Position numbers and translations under genes: made by a program
Shown: positions 30,731 through 39,236 of the stretch, piece after piece
How the letters are laid out: the number at the start of each line of letters is the position of its first letter
Numbering within the stretch: position 1 is the first letter of the stretch
Notes under the pieces: model-generated
What the model was told of the DNA's origin: nothing
Databases searched by the model: none
What the model saw: the letters and a program-made list of their open reading frames with translations, nothing else
Origin: an uncultured candidate division Zixibacteria bacterium
Lineage (GTDB): Bacteria > Zixibacteria > MSB-5A5 > GN15 > FEB-12
Assembly: GCA_963664195.1 (NCBI GenBank)
Contig: OY760907.1
Coordinates: 1,664,001-1,728,000 of the forward strand
Direction of reading: 5' to 3'
DNA: 64,000 bases

Positions 30731-32236
30731 CTACTCCGCCAGCGCTGCCTCGAGCGTTCCGGCAAGCTCCTCGCCACGACAGGCTTCGCCCGTCGCATAC
30801 AGATTCCCGTCGCGACCAATCAAGAACGGAGCCGGGATACCGTTCACGAAATAACGTCCGGCGATCTCCGACTGCCAACCGTTACCTTCGTACACGTGAC
30901 GCCAGTTCAACCCGTTTTCCTTTGTGAACTTTCTGAGATCGTCAACCGATACCTGCTGTGAATAGTCTAGTGAGACTGAGAGAACTTCAAACCCGTCTTT
31001 GTGTCGCGCTTTGTAAGTTGCCGCAAGTCCCGGAAGTTCCTGACGGCACGGGCCGCACCAGGTCGCCCAAAAATCAAGCAAGAGTACCTTGCCAGCAAAG
31101 TCCGACAGCTTGACATCCTTACCGTCGACATCCTTGGCGTTCAGCTCAATTGGCCACAGAGCGCCGAGCGCTTCGTCCTGCATGCGGTTGCTCACGATCA
31201 TTTTCACCCAGCCGTTGTCCGCCGTGCCTTCGAGAGCAGCCTTAATGCGGTCGTCGAAAGTTGAGGCGTCGGCATCGCCTGCCAGCTCAAGGTCGTTGGC
31301 GAGAGCCAGGACAGCGCCCGCCTTTCCGAACTCACCCTCGCCGGAGATATTCTTCAGATACGTATTGGCTTTTTTCAGCGATTCGATGCGCAGTGCCGAT
31401 TCCGGCTCAAAAGTCCGTGCGGTCCAGGCAAACCCGGCCAGGAAGTTGGCGTGATCGGAGTTTTCCTGCGAAGGGGAGGTGGTCAGGTAATGGTCAGCTT
31501 CCTTGGTGACGCATTCCGTGGCTGGCCCCCAGGGGGAGTACGGCGATTGCAGTCGCGCCGCCGCCTGCACCCGTTCAAATCCATAGTCAAACGTGCTGTC
31601 GCCCTTCTTAAGATCACGGAGGCAGGCCAGGTAGCGCACGGTCTGATCGACATTAGCGGCCATGGTCTCGGATTCGTGCCAGATGTTGCCGTTGTAGCGC
31701 GCAACCGTGCCTACCGAGTCGCGCCAATGGCCGAGAGCTTCCTCGGAATCGAACGCCAGATCGGCGGTATCAAGTTCGGGCATACGGAAGGCAAACCCGG
31801 CCATTGCGGTCTCGCTGTTAGCGCGTGCCTTATCAACCAGGGCCTCGAATGCTTCGTCATCCTGAAGGATTCCGAGATCGGTGTCACCCTGGAGGGCATC
31901 GGTGGACTCCCAGCCGGAATCGACGAGCTTCTTGATTTCCTCGAGCGCTTTGTCTTTGTCGCCGGTACGACCGTAGGCACAGGCCATATGATAATGATTG
32001 TATTTGGCACCCGGGATCAGTTCGGCCAGCCCGGCAAACGAGGCGAGCGCACTGTCCAGATTGTCGTCGTCGAGGTATGCATATCCGGTCTGGATTAGCG
32101 CCTCATATTGTTGAATAGTCTCGACATCGTAGGCCTGTGGGACATTCAGGGTCATCTGTTGCGGTTCGGACGGGGAGCATCCTCCTATCACTGCTGTGGC
32201 GAGGGCGAGGAGCACGAGGGCATAAATCAAGCGCAT
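30731..32236 (-). CDS. TPR-containing TlpA-family thiol-disulfide oxidoreductase lipoprotein
   Basis: Lipobox IGGC; YHMACAYG TPR; FWATWCGPC; GIP. Confidence 0.9.
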   Translation of the reverse strand: MRLIYALVLLALATAVIGGCSPSEPQQMTLNVPQAYDVETIQQYEALIQTGYAYLDDDNLDSALASFAGLAELIPGAKYNHYHMACAYGRTGDKDKALEEIKKLVDSGWESTDALQGDTDLGILQDDEAFEALVDKARANSETAMAGFAFRMPELDTADLAFDSEEALGHWRDSVGTVARYNGNIWHESETMAANVDQTVRYLACLRDLKKGDSTFDYGFERVQAAARLQSPYSPWGPATECVTKEADHYLTTSPSQENSDHANFLAGFAWTARTFEPESALRIESLKKANTYLKNISGEGEFGKAGAVLALANDLELAGDADASTFDDRIKAALEGTADNGWVKMIVSNRMQDEALGALWPIELNAKDVDGKDVKLSDFAGKVLLLDFWATWCGPCRQELPGLAATYKARHKDGFEVLSVSLDYSQQVSVDDLRKFTKENGLNWRHVYEGNGWQSEIAGRYFVNGIPAPFLIGRDGNLYATGEACRGEELAGTLEAALAE

Positions 32237-32519
32237 GTGGGGTTCCTTCCGTGGCATCGATACTGACTCAGTATATCGGTGACGATTGGTAGTGTTTCTG
32301 TTTCGTGTATAAACGGGACTACGAGCGGCAGAGTCAAGAGGTTACGGCGTTTGAGCGTTTGTGATTTTCTAGCACGTTAGAGCCGTGATACGCCATCACA
32401 ACTGCCGCAGGCAGGGTTCGATTTCATCAGGTTTGGTTGTTTAAGCGCTCCGAATCCGCCCGAGCTACAAGAATCCTCCATTTTCCCGCGTTTTTCGAGC
32501 CTTTTCGGTCCGGATTGTC

Positions 32520-32548
32520 TTGACAAATCAGGGAGAAAAAGAGATAGT
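32520..32548 (+). promoter_or_regulatory. Sigma70-type promoter for lyase operon
   Basis: TTGACA-17-GATAGT. Confidence 0.45.
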
Positions 32549-32688
32549 CGTTTAGTTGTAGAGGATTGCGCTCCTGACAGGCTATTGATGGAACGATGAA
32601 AACGTCACGCTGTCCGATCAAAGAAAATTCAAAGGCTACTCCTTAGCCAATACTCTGTATACAATCAGATGATACACTACAGGTTCTT

Positions 32689-33612
32689 ATGACGAAAAAT
32701 ACTATCTGCATTCACGAAGTGGGGCCTCGCGACGGTTTACAGGTCGAGAAGACGCTGGTACCGCTTGAGGACAAGATACGCTGGATTGACGGGGTGATGG
32801 AAAGCGGAATTGACATCGTTCAACTCGGGTCTTTTGTCAACCCCAAAGCTGTGCCGCAAATGGCCGACTCCGACAAGCTCTTTGAGCATTTTTCGGCTGC
32901 CGGAAACAAGCCGGGGAACGTTGTTCTGTCCGGGTTGGTGCTCAACGAAAAAGGGCTTGAGCGCGGCATGGCCTGCGGTGTGGAGATGTTCTGCATGGGC
33001 GTTTCCGCGAGCGAGACGCACAGCCAGAAGAATACCCGCATGACAACCTCCGAAGCCCAGATCCGCATAATAGCGATGGCCAAATCTGTTCTCAAAGCCG
33101 GCAAACGGGTGCAGGTGTCTGTTCAATCGGCCTTTGGCTGCGGCTTCGAAGGGCCGATTCCGAAAGAGAGAGTTCTGGGGATAGTCAAAGAGTATCTCTC
33201 AGCCGGGATTCGGAACATCAGCTTGGCCGACACGGCCGGTCACGGTCAACCGATGCAGGTCGAAGAGTTGTTCAGCGCTATTCGCGACCTTGAGCCTGAG
33301 GTTGAACTTACGTGCCATTTCCATAACACGTACGGTCTTGGCCTTGCCAATTGTTACGCCGCTCTCAAGAGCGGGGTGACCTCGTTTGAATCGGCCTACG
33401 GTGGTCTGGGGGGATGTCCCTTCACCAAACTGCCCGCCGGCAATGTCAGCACCGAGGATCTGGTGCATTCGCTACAACGGATGGGCATCCGTGAAGATAT
33501 TAAACTGGCCAGCCTTCTGAATGTAGCCAAGCAGGTGAGCGACTTCTTCGGTCGTGAACTCCCCGGTGCAGTCCTGAAAGCCGGTTCAATTGTTGATTTC
33601 AAGAAAGGTTGA
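32689..33612 (+). CDS. HMG-CoA lyase family (DRE-TIM) acyl-CoA lyase
   Basis: EVGPRDGLQ, LADT.G, HFHNT, GLGGCPF, GNVSTED. Confidence 0.92.
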   Translation: MTKNTICIHEVGPRDGLQVEKTLVPLEDKIRWIDGVMESGIDIVQLGSFVNPKAVPQMADSDKLFEHFSAAGNKPGNVVLSGLVLNEKGLERGMACGVEMFCMGVSASETHSQKNTRMTTSEAQIRIIAMAKSVLKAGKRVQVSVQSAFGCGFEGPIPKERVLGIVKEYLSAGIRNISLADTAGHGQPMQVEELFSAIRDLEPEVELTCHFHNTYGLGLANCYAALKSGVTSFESAYGGLGGCPFTKLPAGNVSTEDLVHSLQRMGIREDIKLASLLNVAKQVSDFFGRELPGAVLKAGSIVDFKKG

Positions 33613-33626
33613 ATGAGAGAACCGTC

Positions 33627-34820
33627 ATGAAACTGTTGGAAAACATCCGTGTACTCGACATGACCAACGTGCTGTCCGGGCCGTTCTGCACTCTGCACCT
33701 GGCCCTGCTTGGAGCTGAAGTTATCAAGATCGAGGTGCCTGGCAGCGGTGACCTCGCCCGAAGACTGGGCAATGTCCCTGATCTCAACAAGAAGATGATG
33801 GGTACGAGCTTTCTCGCCCAGAACTCAAACAAGAAATCACTCACGCTCAACCTTAAGGCCGAAGAAGGCAAGGACATCTTCCGCAAGCTGCTCGAAACGG
33901 CCGATGTGGTAGTCGAAAACTTCAGACCCGGCGTTATGGCAAGACTCGGCTTCTCGTGGGAAGAAATGTCAAAGATCAATCCGAAACTGGTGTACTGTGC
34001 CATTTCCGGGTTCGGCCAGACCGGTCCCGATGCCAAGAAGCCGGCCTACGACCAGATCATCCAAGGGCTCTCGGGCGCTATGGATGTCAACGGTGACGAA
34101 CGCCTGCACCCGCTGCGGGCAGGATTTCCGGTCTGCGACACGGTCGGCGGCCTGAACGCCGCGTTTGCCGTCATGGCGGCGCTTTTCTATCGCGAACGGA
34201 CCGGCGAAGGTCAGCAGATTGACATCGCCCTGCTTGATTCGATCATGCCGCTCATGGGATGGGTGGCAGCCAATCTGTTGATCGGTGGCAAGGCTCCGAT
34301 CCCGATGGGCAACGACAATTTCACGGCTGCTCCCTCGGGAGCGTTCCGCACACAGGACGGTTTCATCAACATTGCCGCCAATCAGCAGAAGCAGTGGGAA
34401 GATCTCTGCGACGTAGTTGGCGTTCCCGAGTTGAAAACCGATGCCCGATTCCAGGAGCGTGATACTCGCAAGGGCAACCGCAAGGAACTGACACCGATCC
34501 TGGAGGAGAAGCTCACGCAGAACTCGACCGTGCACTGGGTGGATGCCCTGAATGCCAAAGGCATCCCCTCGGGTGATATTCTCGGTCTTGAGAAAGCTCT
34601 GCGGAGTGCTCAGGTAGTGCACCGCGAGACGATAGTGAAGGTGAAGGAAGAGGAGATCGGAGATATCGAGATTTTCAACCTCTCCGCAAAGTTCTCCAAG
34701 ACACCGGCGAAAGTCGAAACTGCACCGCCGCGTTTGTCGGCCCACACCGAAGAAATCCTCTCAGGACTCGGATACACGGCCGACGATTTGAAAGCACTGA
34801 AAGACAAGGCGGTTATCTAA
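33627..34820 (+). CDS. Family III (CaiB/BaiF) CoA-transferase
   Basis: LSGP, GAEVIKIE..GD, N.NKKS, ENFRPG, ISGFGQTGP, YD. Confidence 0.93.
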   Translation: MKLLENIRVLDMTNVLSGPFCTLHLALLGAEVIKIEVPGSGDLARRLGNVPDLNKKMMGTSFLAQNSNKKSLTLNLKAEEGKDIFRKLLETADVVVENFRPGVMARLGFSWEEMSKINPKLVYCAISGFGQTGPDAKKPAYDQIIQGLSGAMDVNGDERLHPLRAGFPVCDTVGGLNAAFAVMAALFYRERTGEGQQIDIALLDSIMPLMGWVAANLLIGGKAPIPMGNDNFTAAPSGAFRTQDGFINIAANQQKQWEDLCDVVGVPELKTDARFQERDTRKGNRKELTPILEEKLTQNSTVHWVDALNAKGIPSGDILGLEKALRSAQVVHRETIVKVKEEEIGDIEIFNLSAKFSKTPAKVETAPPRLSAHTEEILSGLGYTADDLKALKDKAVI

Positions 34821-34861
34821 TTCATACGACAAATCAACTTTCCATCTAAGGAGCATTCTCA

Positions 34862-36154
34862 ATGGGAATGACATACGTTCAGAAGGTACTGGCTAAAGCC
34901 TGCGGGAAACCGTCGGTAGCCGTCGGTGATGTCGTCGAACCGGAAGTAGAACTGGCGATGTCACACGAAAACGGCGCTATGGCCATGAACCAGTTCAGAG
35001 AGATATACAAAGACACGGGACTTGAGGCCAGGATATGGGACCCGAGCCGGATCGCGATTATTTTTGACCATCGTGTCCCCGCCGAAAGTGCGAAAACCGC
35101 CGGCAACCAGAAGCGACTTCGTGATTTCGTCCGCGAGCAGGGGATTACCAAGTTCCACGATATCCGTGGCGACGAGGGCGGCATCTGCCACCAGATTCTG
35201 CCGGAGTCCGGCTATGTCCGTCCGGGCGGTGTGGTTGTCGGTACCGACAGTCACACTACTACTCACGGTGCCCTTGGCGCGTTTGCGTTTGGCATCGGTG
35301 CCACCGATATGGCAGCCGTCTGGGCACTGGGCCACGTGCTGAACGTCGAAGTTCCCGCGACGATCAAAGTCGTGGTCAACGGTCAGTTCCAGGAGAACGT
35401 CGGGCCGAAAGACTTGATTCTTCATTTGATCGGTAAGATATCATCCGAGGGTGCTAACTACAAGGTGCTCGAATTCCACGGTGAGGCTTTCAAGACCATG
35501 CCGACCTCCGGTCGCCTCGTGTGCTCCAACATGTCGGTCGAGGCTGGCGCTACTGCCGGTATCGTTCCGCCGGATGAAGAGACGCTGCGTTATCTGAAAG
35601 AAGAAGCGGGCGTGACGGACAAGATAGACATCTTCGGTCCGGACGACGACGCCGAGTACGTGCAGGTAGTCGAAATCGACGCCTCGACGCTGGTGCCGCA
35701 GATTGCCTGTCCGCACACGGTCGACAATATCAAGAATATCGATGAGGTTGTTGGTACGAAGATTGACCAGATTGTGATCGGCTCGTGCACCAACGGTCGT
35801 CTCGATGATCTGGCTGCTGCCGCGAAGATTCTTAAAGGCAAGAAGGTTGATCGTTTCACGAGAATGCTGGTATTCCCGGCCTCGTGGCGTATCTACCGCA
35901 AGGCTCTCGATCTCGGATATCTCTCTGACCTGGCCGATGCCGGTGCTGTTGTCTGCAACCCCGGTTGTGGCCCCTGTCTGGGGGTACACCAGGGAGCGCT
36001 GGCCGACACCGAAGTGGCCCTGGCGACGACAAACCGAAACTTCAAAGGCCGCATGGGCAACCCGAAGGCAGAGGTTTACCTCTGTTCGCCGGTTGTGGCT
36101 GCCGCAAGTGCCATCACCGGAGTGATAACCGATCCGAGAGAAGGAGGTCGTTAA
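34862..36154 (+). CDS. leuC: Isopropylmalate/homoaconitate-type dehydratase large subunit (LeuC-like)
   Basis: DH, GICHQ, GTDSHT, GSCTNGR, CGPC, TNRNFKGRMG. Confidence 0.88.
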   Translation: MGMTYVQKVLAKACGKPSVAVGDVVEPEVELAMSHENGAMAMNQFREIYKDTGLEARIWDPSRIAIIFDHRVPAESAKTAGNQKRLRDFVREQGITKFHDIRGDEGGICHQILPESGYVRPGGVVVGTDSHTTTHGALGAFAFGIGATDMAAVWALGHVLNVEVPATIKVVVNGQFQENVGPKDLILHLIGKISSEGANYKVLEFHGEAFKTMPTSGRLVCSNMSVEAGATAGIVPPDEETLRYLKEEAGVTDKIDIFGPDDDAEYVQVVEIDASTLVPQIACPHTVDNIKNIDEVVGTKIDQIVIGSCTNGRLDDLAAAAKILKGKKVDRFTRMLVFPASWRIYRKALDLGYLSDLADAGAVVCNPGCGPCLGVHQGALADTEVALATTNRNFKGRMGNPKAEVYLCSPVVAAASAITGVITDPREGGR

Positions 36155-36155
36155 G

Positions 36156-36650
36156 ATGGGTAAAGTCGTATTCAAAGTTGGCGATGACGTCTCCACGGAC
36201 ATTATCTACCCGGGTCGCTACATGGCGACCGTGTTGCCGACAGAGACGCCGGCATATGCATTTGCCGATGCCGAAGATTTCAACAAGAAGCTGACCGACG
36301 GTGCCGTTGAAAAGGGCAGCTTTATTGTTGCAAACGAGAACTTCGGTTGTGGCTCCTCGCGCGAACAGGCCGCGTCCTGTCTTAAGGGCTACGACCTGGT
36401 GGTCGTGGCGAAACATTTCGCGCGGATATTCCTTCAGAACGGTATCAACCTCGGCTTGGGAATGGTGATTTGCCCGGACATTGAGGCCGACGAAGGTGAC
36501 GAGCTTGAAATCAGCGGCACCGTTTTGAAGAACGTGACGAAGGGCAAAGAGTTCGCGATTACGCCGCTTCCCCCGGCTCGCCAGGCGATTATCGACGCCG
36601 GCGGTCTGATCGCATTCACGCGCGCCCGGTTGCTTGAGGGAAAAGCTTGA
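36156..36650 (+). CDS. leuD: Dehydratase small subunit (LeuD-like)
   Basis: DVSTDIIYP, NFGCGSSREQA, FARIF..N.IN.G. Confidence 0.88.
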   Translation: MGKVVFKVGDDVSTDIIYPGRYMATVLPTETPAYAFADAEDFNKKLTDGAVEKGSFIVANENFGCGSSREQAASCLKGYDLVVVAKHFARIFLQNGINLGLGMVICPDIEADEGDELEISGTVLKNVTKGKEFAITPLPPARQAIIDAGGLIAFTRARLLEGKA

Positions 36651-36688
36651 TAGGTTGATTAGATTTGATCTGAGGACTTAATAAGTTA

Positions 36689-36734
36689 GTCAGGCTGAGC
36701 AAACTAGAAAGTCAGGCTGAGCTTGTCGAAGTCT
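36689..36734 (+). repeat. Tandem GTCAGGCTGAGC repeat; second copy extends to TTGTCGAAG
   Basis: 12-bp exact copies at 36689 and 36711. Confidence 0.6.
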
Positions 36735-36737
36735 CAC

Positions 36738-36773
36738 GCCCGCCTCTGGTTATTCTAGAGGCGGGCTTTTTTT
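36738..36773 (+). terminator. Intrinsic terminator of lyase/leuCD operon
   Basis: GCCCGCCTCT...AGAGGCGGGC followed by T7. Confidence 0.85.
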
Positions 36774-36802
36774 GTTTGGACCCTCACACAGCCTTCGGGT
36801 TA

Positions 36803-36832
36803 TTGACTCACGGGTCCATTTGTTGTATGTTG
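36803..36832 (+). promoter_or_regulatory. Sigma70-type promoter, copy 1 of a 30-bp exact repeat
   Basis: TTGACT-17-TATGTT; identical to 37764-37793. Confidence 0.7.
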
Positions 36833-36872
36833 GACTTGAGTTTGGGGAATCTCGGTAGTGACATTGAATTGC

Positions 36873-36997
36873 CCCCCCAAAGCAAGTTTGAGGGGGCCAC
36901 CCAGAGGGGAGAGAGTGTCGTCAGATTTGCCTAAGACAGATGTTTGGGGATTGTTGAATCCGAATCCGGGTGGCAGGCTCAAACTTGTTTGGGCCTG
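36873..36997. repeat. REP doublet (REPIN-like) 1: R-REP, 65-bp spacer, L-REP
   Basis: REPs 36873-36902 (-) and 36968-36997 (+). Confidence 0.88.
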
Positions 36998-37596
36998 AAA
37001 CGCAGCACATTATCAATATGGGCAAGCGAGTACAATTAAATGCTCCCGGCCACGCTCACGAGCTAACGTTTTCCTGCTTTCAGAATCGCCGGTTTCTAAT
37101 GCGTCGTCAATACTGTGACTATCTGTGTCAGACCATCTCCGCAATGAGAGACCAGTACTCGGTTCATCTGTGGGCTTATGTGTTCATGCCGAACCACGTT
37201 CATCTACTCCTGTACCCCACCAGGCCGGAGTATGACCTTGGCGCGATTCTGCAGAGCATCAAGCAGTCCGTATCCCGCAAGGTCATCAGAGATGCGCGTG
37301 AATCGAGTTGTGGCGAATTGGAGCAGTTCCGAACAGGTGTCAAAGACAGACCGTATCGATTCTGGCAGAAGGGTGGCGGGTATGATCGGAATATCGTCAG
37401 TAAGACTGTAGTCAGGTCCGCTATTAGCTACATACACAACAATCCTGTCAGGGCGGGCTTGGTCAAAAGCCCCGAGGACTGGGAATGGTCGAGCTTCAGA
37501 GATTGGGAGGGTTTAGGGGCCGGACCAATCTTCATCGATCGTGATTATCTGTCAATGACCTAATGCCCCCCCAAAGCAAGTTTGAGGGGGCCACCC
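36968..37596 (+). mobile_element. REP-tnpA(RAYT)-REP unit 2 (629 bp)
   Basis: Same geometry as unit 1: REP, 20 nt, 546-nt CDS, 3 nt, REP. Confidence 0.85.
37018..37563 (+). CDS. rayT: REP-associated tyrosine transposase (Y1 HUH), paralog 2
   Basis: MPNHVHLL, FWQKGGGYDR, YIHNNPVRAGL; 181 aa. Confidence 0.93.
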   Translation: MGKRVQLNAPGHAHELTFSCFQNRRFLMRRQYCDYLCQTISAMRDQYSVHLWAYVFMPNHVHLLLYPTRPEYDLGAILQSIKQSVSRKVIRDARESSCGELEQFRTGVKDRPYRFWQKGGGYDRNIVSKTVVRSAISYIHNNPVRAGLVKSPEDWEWSSFRDWEGLGAGPIFIDRDYLSMT

Positions 37597-37691
37597 AGAG
37601 GGGGGAGGCGATATCAGAGTTGATGAAGACAAGTGTTTTGGCGAACAGGGAATCTGAATCCGGGTGGCAGGCTCAAACTTGTTTGGGCCTG
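37567..37691. repeat. REP doublet (REPIN-like) 2
   Basis: REPs 37567-37596 (-) and 37662-37691 (+) identical to doublet 1; 65-bp diverged spacer. Confidence 0.88.
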
Positions 37692-37763
37692 ACGCTTGGC
37701 TGTTTCCGGTCTTCCGGACGCGGGCGGTTTTTATGTTTGATCTCTCACGCAGCTTGTCGGTTG

Positions 37764-37793
37764 TTGACTCACGGGTCCATTTGTTGTATGTTG
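37764..37793 (+). promoter_or_regulatory. Sigma70-type promoter, copy 2, upstream of the radical SAM operon
   Basis: TTGACTCACGGGTCCATTTGTTGTATGTTG. Confidence 0.7.
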
Positions 37794-37844
37794 AGTTATC
37801 GTATGCTGGGGACACTCATGTGGTACTCAACCTGAAGGGACGTC

Positions 37845-37979
37845 ATGAGAGATACACTCGCTTGGTTAGCTGAATTCCGCACCCTAATTACGGAGTTGGA
37901 AGACTGGTGGAACATCGATCGCTCACCTTTGGAGGCTCGGACAGCGACGTGCGAATCACCCTACTGGAGACTGATGTAA
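37845..37979 (+). CDS. Uncalled 44-aa Trp-rich ORF (candidate peptide, or severed N-terminus of the radical SAM gene)
   Basis: GAAGGGA RBS + ATG; MRDTLAWLAEFRTLITELEDWWNIDRSPLEARTATCESPYWRLM; TAA abuts next GTG in the same frame. Confidence 0.55.
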   Translation: MRDTLAWLAEFRTLITELEDWWNIDRSPLEARTATCESPYWRLM

Positions 37980-38849
37980 GTGGCGCGGACTCTGTACTGT
38001 ACATATAGCCCAGAGCATGACTGGTTTTTGGTAGCATCGACGCAACTGGAAGACGGCGTCTCACTTCGACCAAACGTCGGGAATGGGGCCGGCGAGTATC
38101 TGCGCTATGTCCCTGGTCCCGGGGTCTCGTTGGACGAGGTTGACCGATTCCTGACCTCGAATCCTCAAGAGTTGTGCTGCGAAATCACTAACGCATGTGA
38201 CTCACATTGTCGAGTATGTATTGCCGATGCAAAAGCGAATGGAGTTGCTCACATTGACCCCGAAGTGTTGGCGCGCAGTGCTCACGAGGTTCTCGATCAG
38301 GTGGCGAGAGTGACAATCACCGGTGGGGAGCCTACACTGCATCCCAGTCTGAGTGAGATCGTATCTCTTTGTGGGAGTGATCGACGGACCGTTGTGCTTT
38401 CAACAAATGGATCCAATCCGGAGGCTGTGCTGAGTGCTCTTGAGATGGCGGAACAGATGGTTCTTGCAGTATCTTTGCACGGCCCAAAGAGAGTACACGA
38501 TTCCTTTGTCGGGAACATCGGTTCTTATGAGCGCGCACTTGAAACCATAACCGCAGGGGCGAGTATTTGCGCTGGAGTGCACGTGTTGTCAGTGGCAACG
38601 CGAGAGACCCTGCCGACATTGGTGACCTTAGTCGATACATTGTCCGAAACCTCGATCACGGAGCACCGTATCAGTTTAGTCAAGCCTGGCGGAAGGTCTA
38701 GCGATGGTCGAGTTTCAGCCTATGAAGTATTTGGAGCACTGAGCGAGATACGCTCGAGTCACAGAGTCACCGTTAAGACACAGGACCAGCCGTTTGTATT
38801 CCTGAGTCATCAGGGGAAACTAGAGGAACGCTATGGCCGAAACTACTGA
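37980..38849 (+). CDS. Radical SAM enzyme without SPASM/twitch cysteines
   Basis: CDSHCRVC (CxxxCxxC), TGGEPTL, STNG, VSLHG..VHD. Confidence 0.9.
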   Translation: MARTLYCTYSPEHDWFLVASTQLEDGVSLRPNVGNGAGEYLRYVPGPGVSLDEVDRFLTSNPQELCCEITNACDSHCRVCIADAKANGVAHIDPEVLARSAHEVLDQVARVTITGGEPTLHPSLSEIVSLCGSDRRTVVLSTNGSNPEAVLSALEMAEQMVLAVSLHGPKRVHDSFVGNIGSYERALETITAGASICAGVHVLSVATRETLPTLVTLVDTLSETSITEHRISLVKPGGRSSDGRVSAYEVFGALSEIRSSHRVTVKTQDQPFVFLSHQGKLEERYGRNY

Positions 38850-39236
38850 ACTGAATGCCTACGACATTGAGAAGCAGGTTTATCAAACTCAATGGACGAA
38901 CATCAGACACCACTGGAACCAGACATTCTCGGGTATAACGCACTTATCTACGCTGATCGCTCTGGCCGTAGTCCCTTTGAAATTCGTGCTGGTCGAGCAG
39001 CCAGGCACTGTCCGTGTCGGCATTGATCCTTCAGTTGCCCTGTACTTGAAAGTTTTCGTCGGTGCGATCATCTTGCTGTTGGCGCTAGTCACCTTTCTTA
39101 ACCAATTGAATCACTACAGACGATCTCAAGAGGCAAGGCGAGTCGTTGTGGCTATTGAGAAAGCTTGGGGACTCTATGACAAAAAAGGAAGGTTTGTCTT
39201 TCAAGACAACCCGACAAAATATGACTATGCCAAATT

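Noticed and set aside
32549..32688. Riboswitch or leucine attenuator upstream of the lyase/leuCD operon
   Set aside because: No recognisable aptamer or terminator; the short ORF MKTSRCPIKENSKATP has no Leu codons
29467..37691. CRISPR array from the 30-bp palindromic repeats
   Set aside because: Repeats alternate in orientation, flank a transposase, lack regular short spacers, and no cas genes are present
37980..38849. Prokaryotic viperin
   Set aside because: Lacks the NxH motif before the Cys triad and other viperin signatures; kept as unclassified radical SAM
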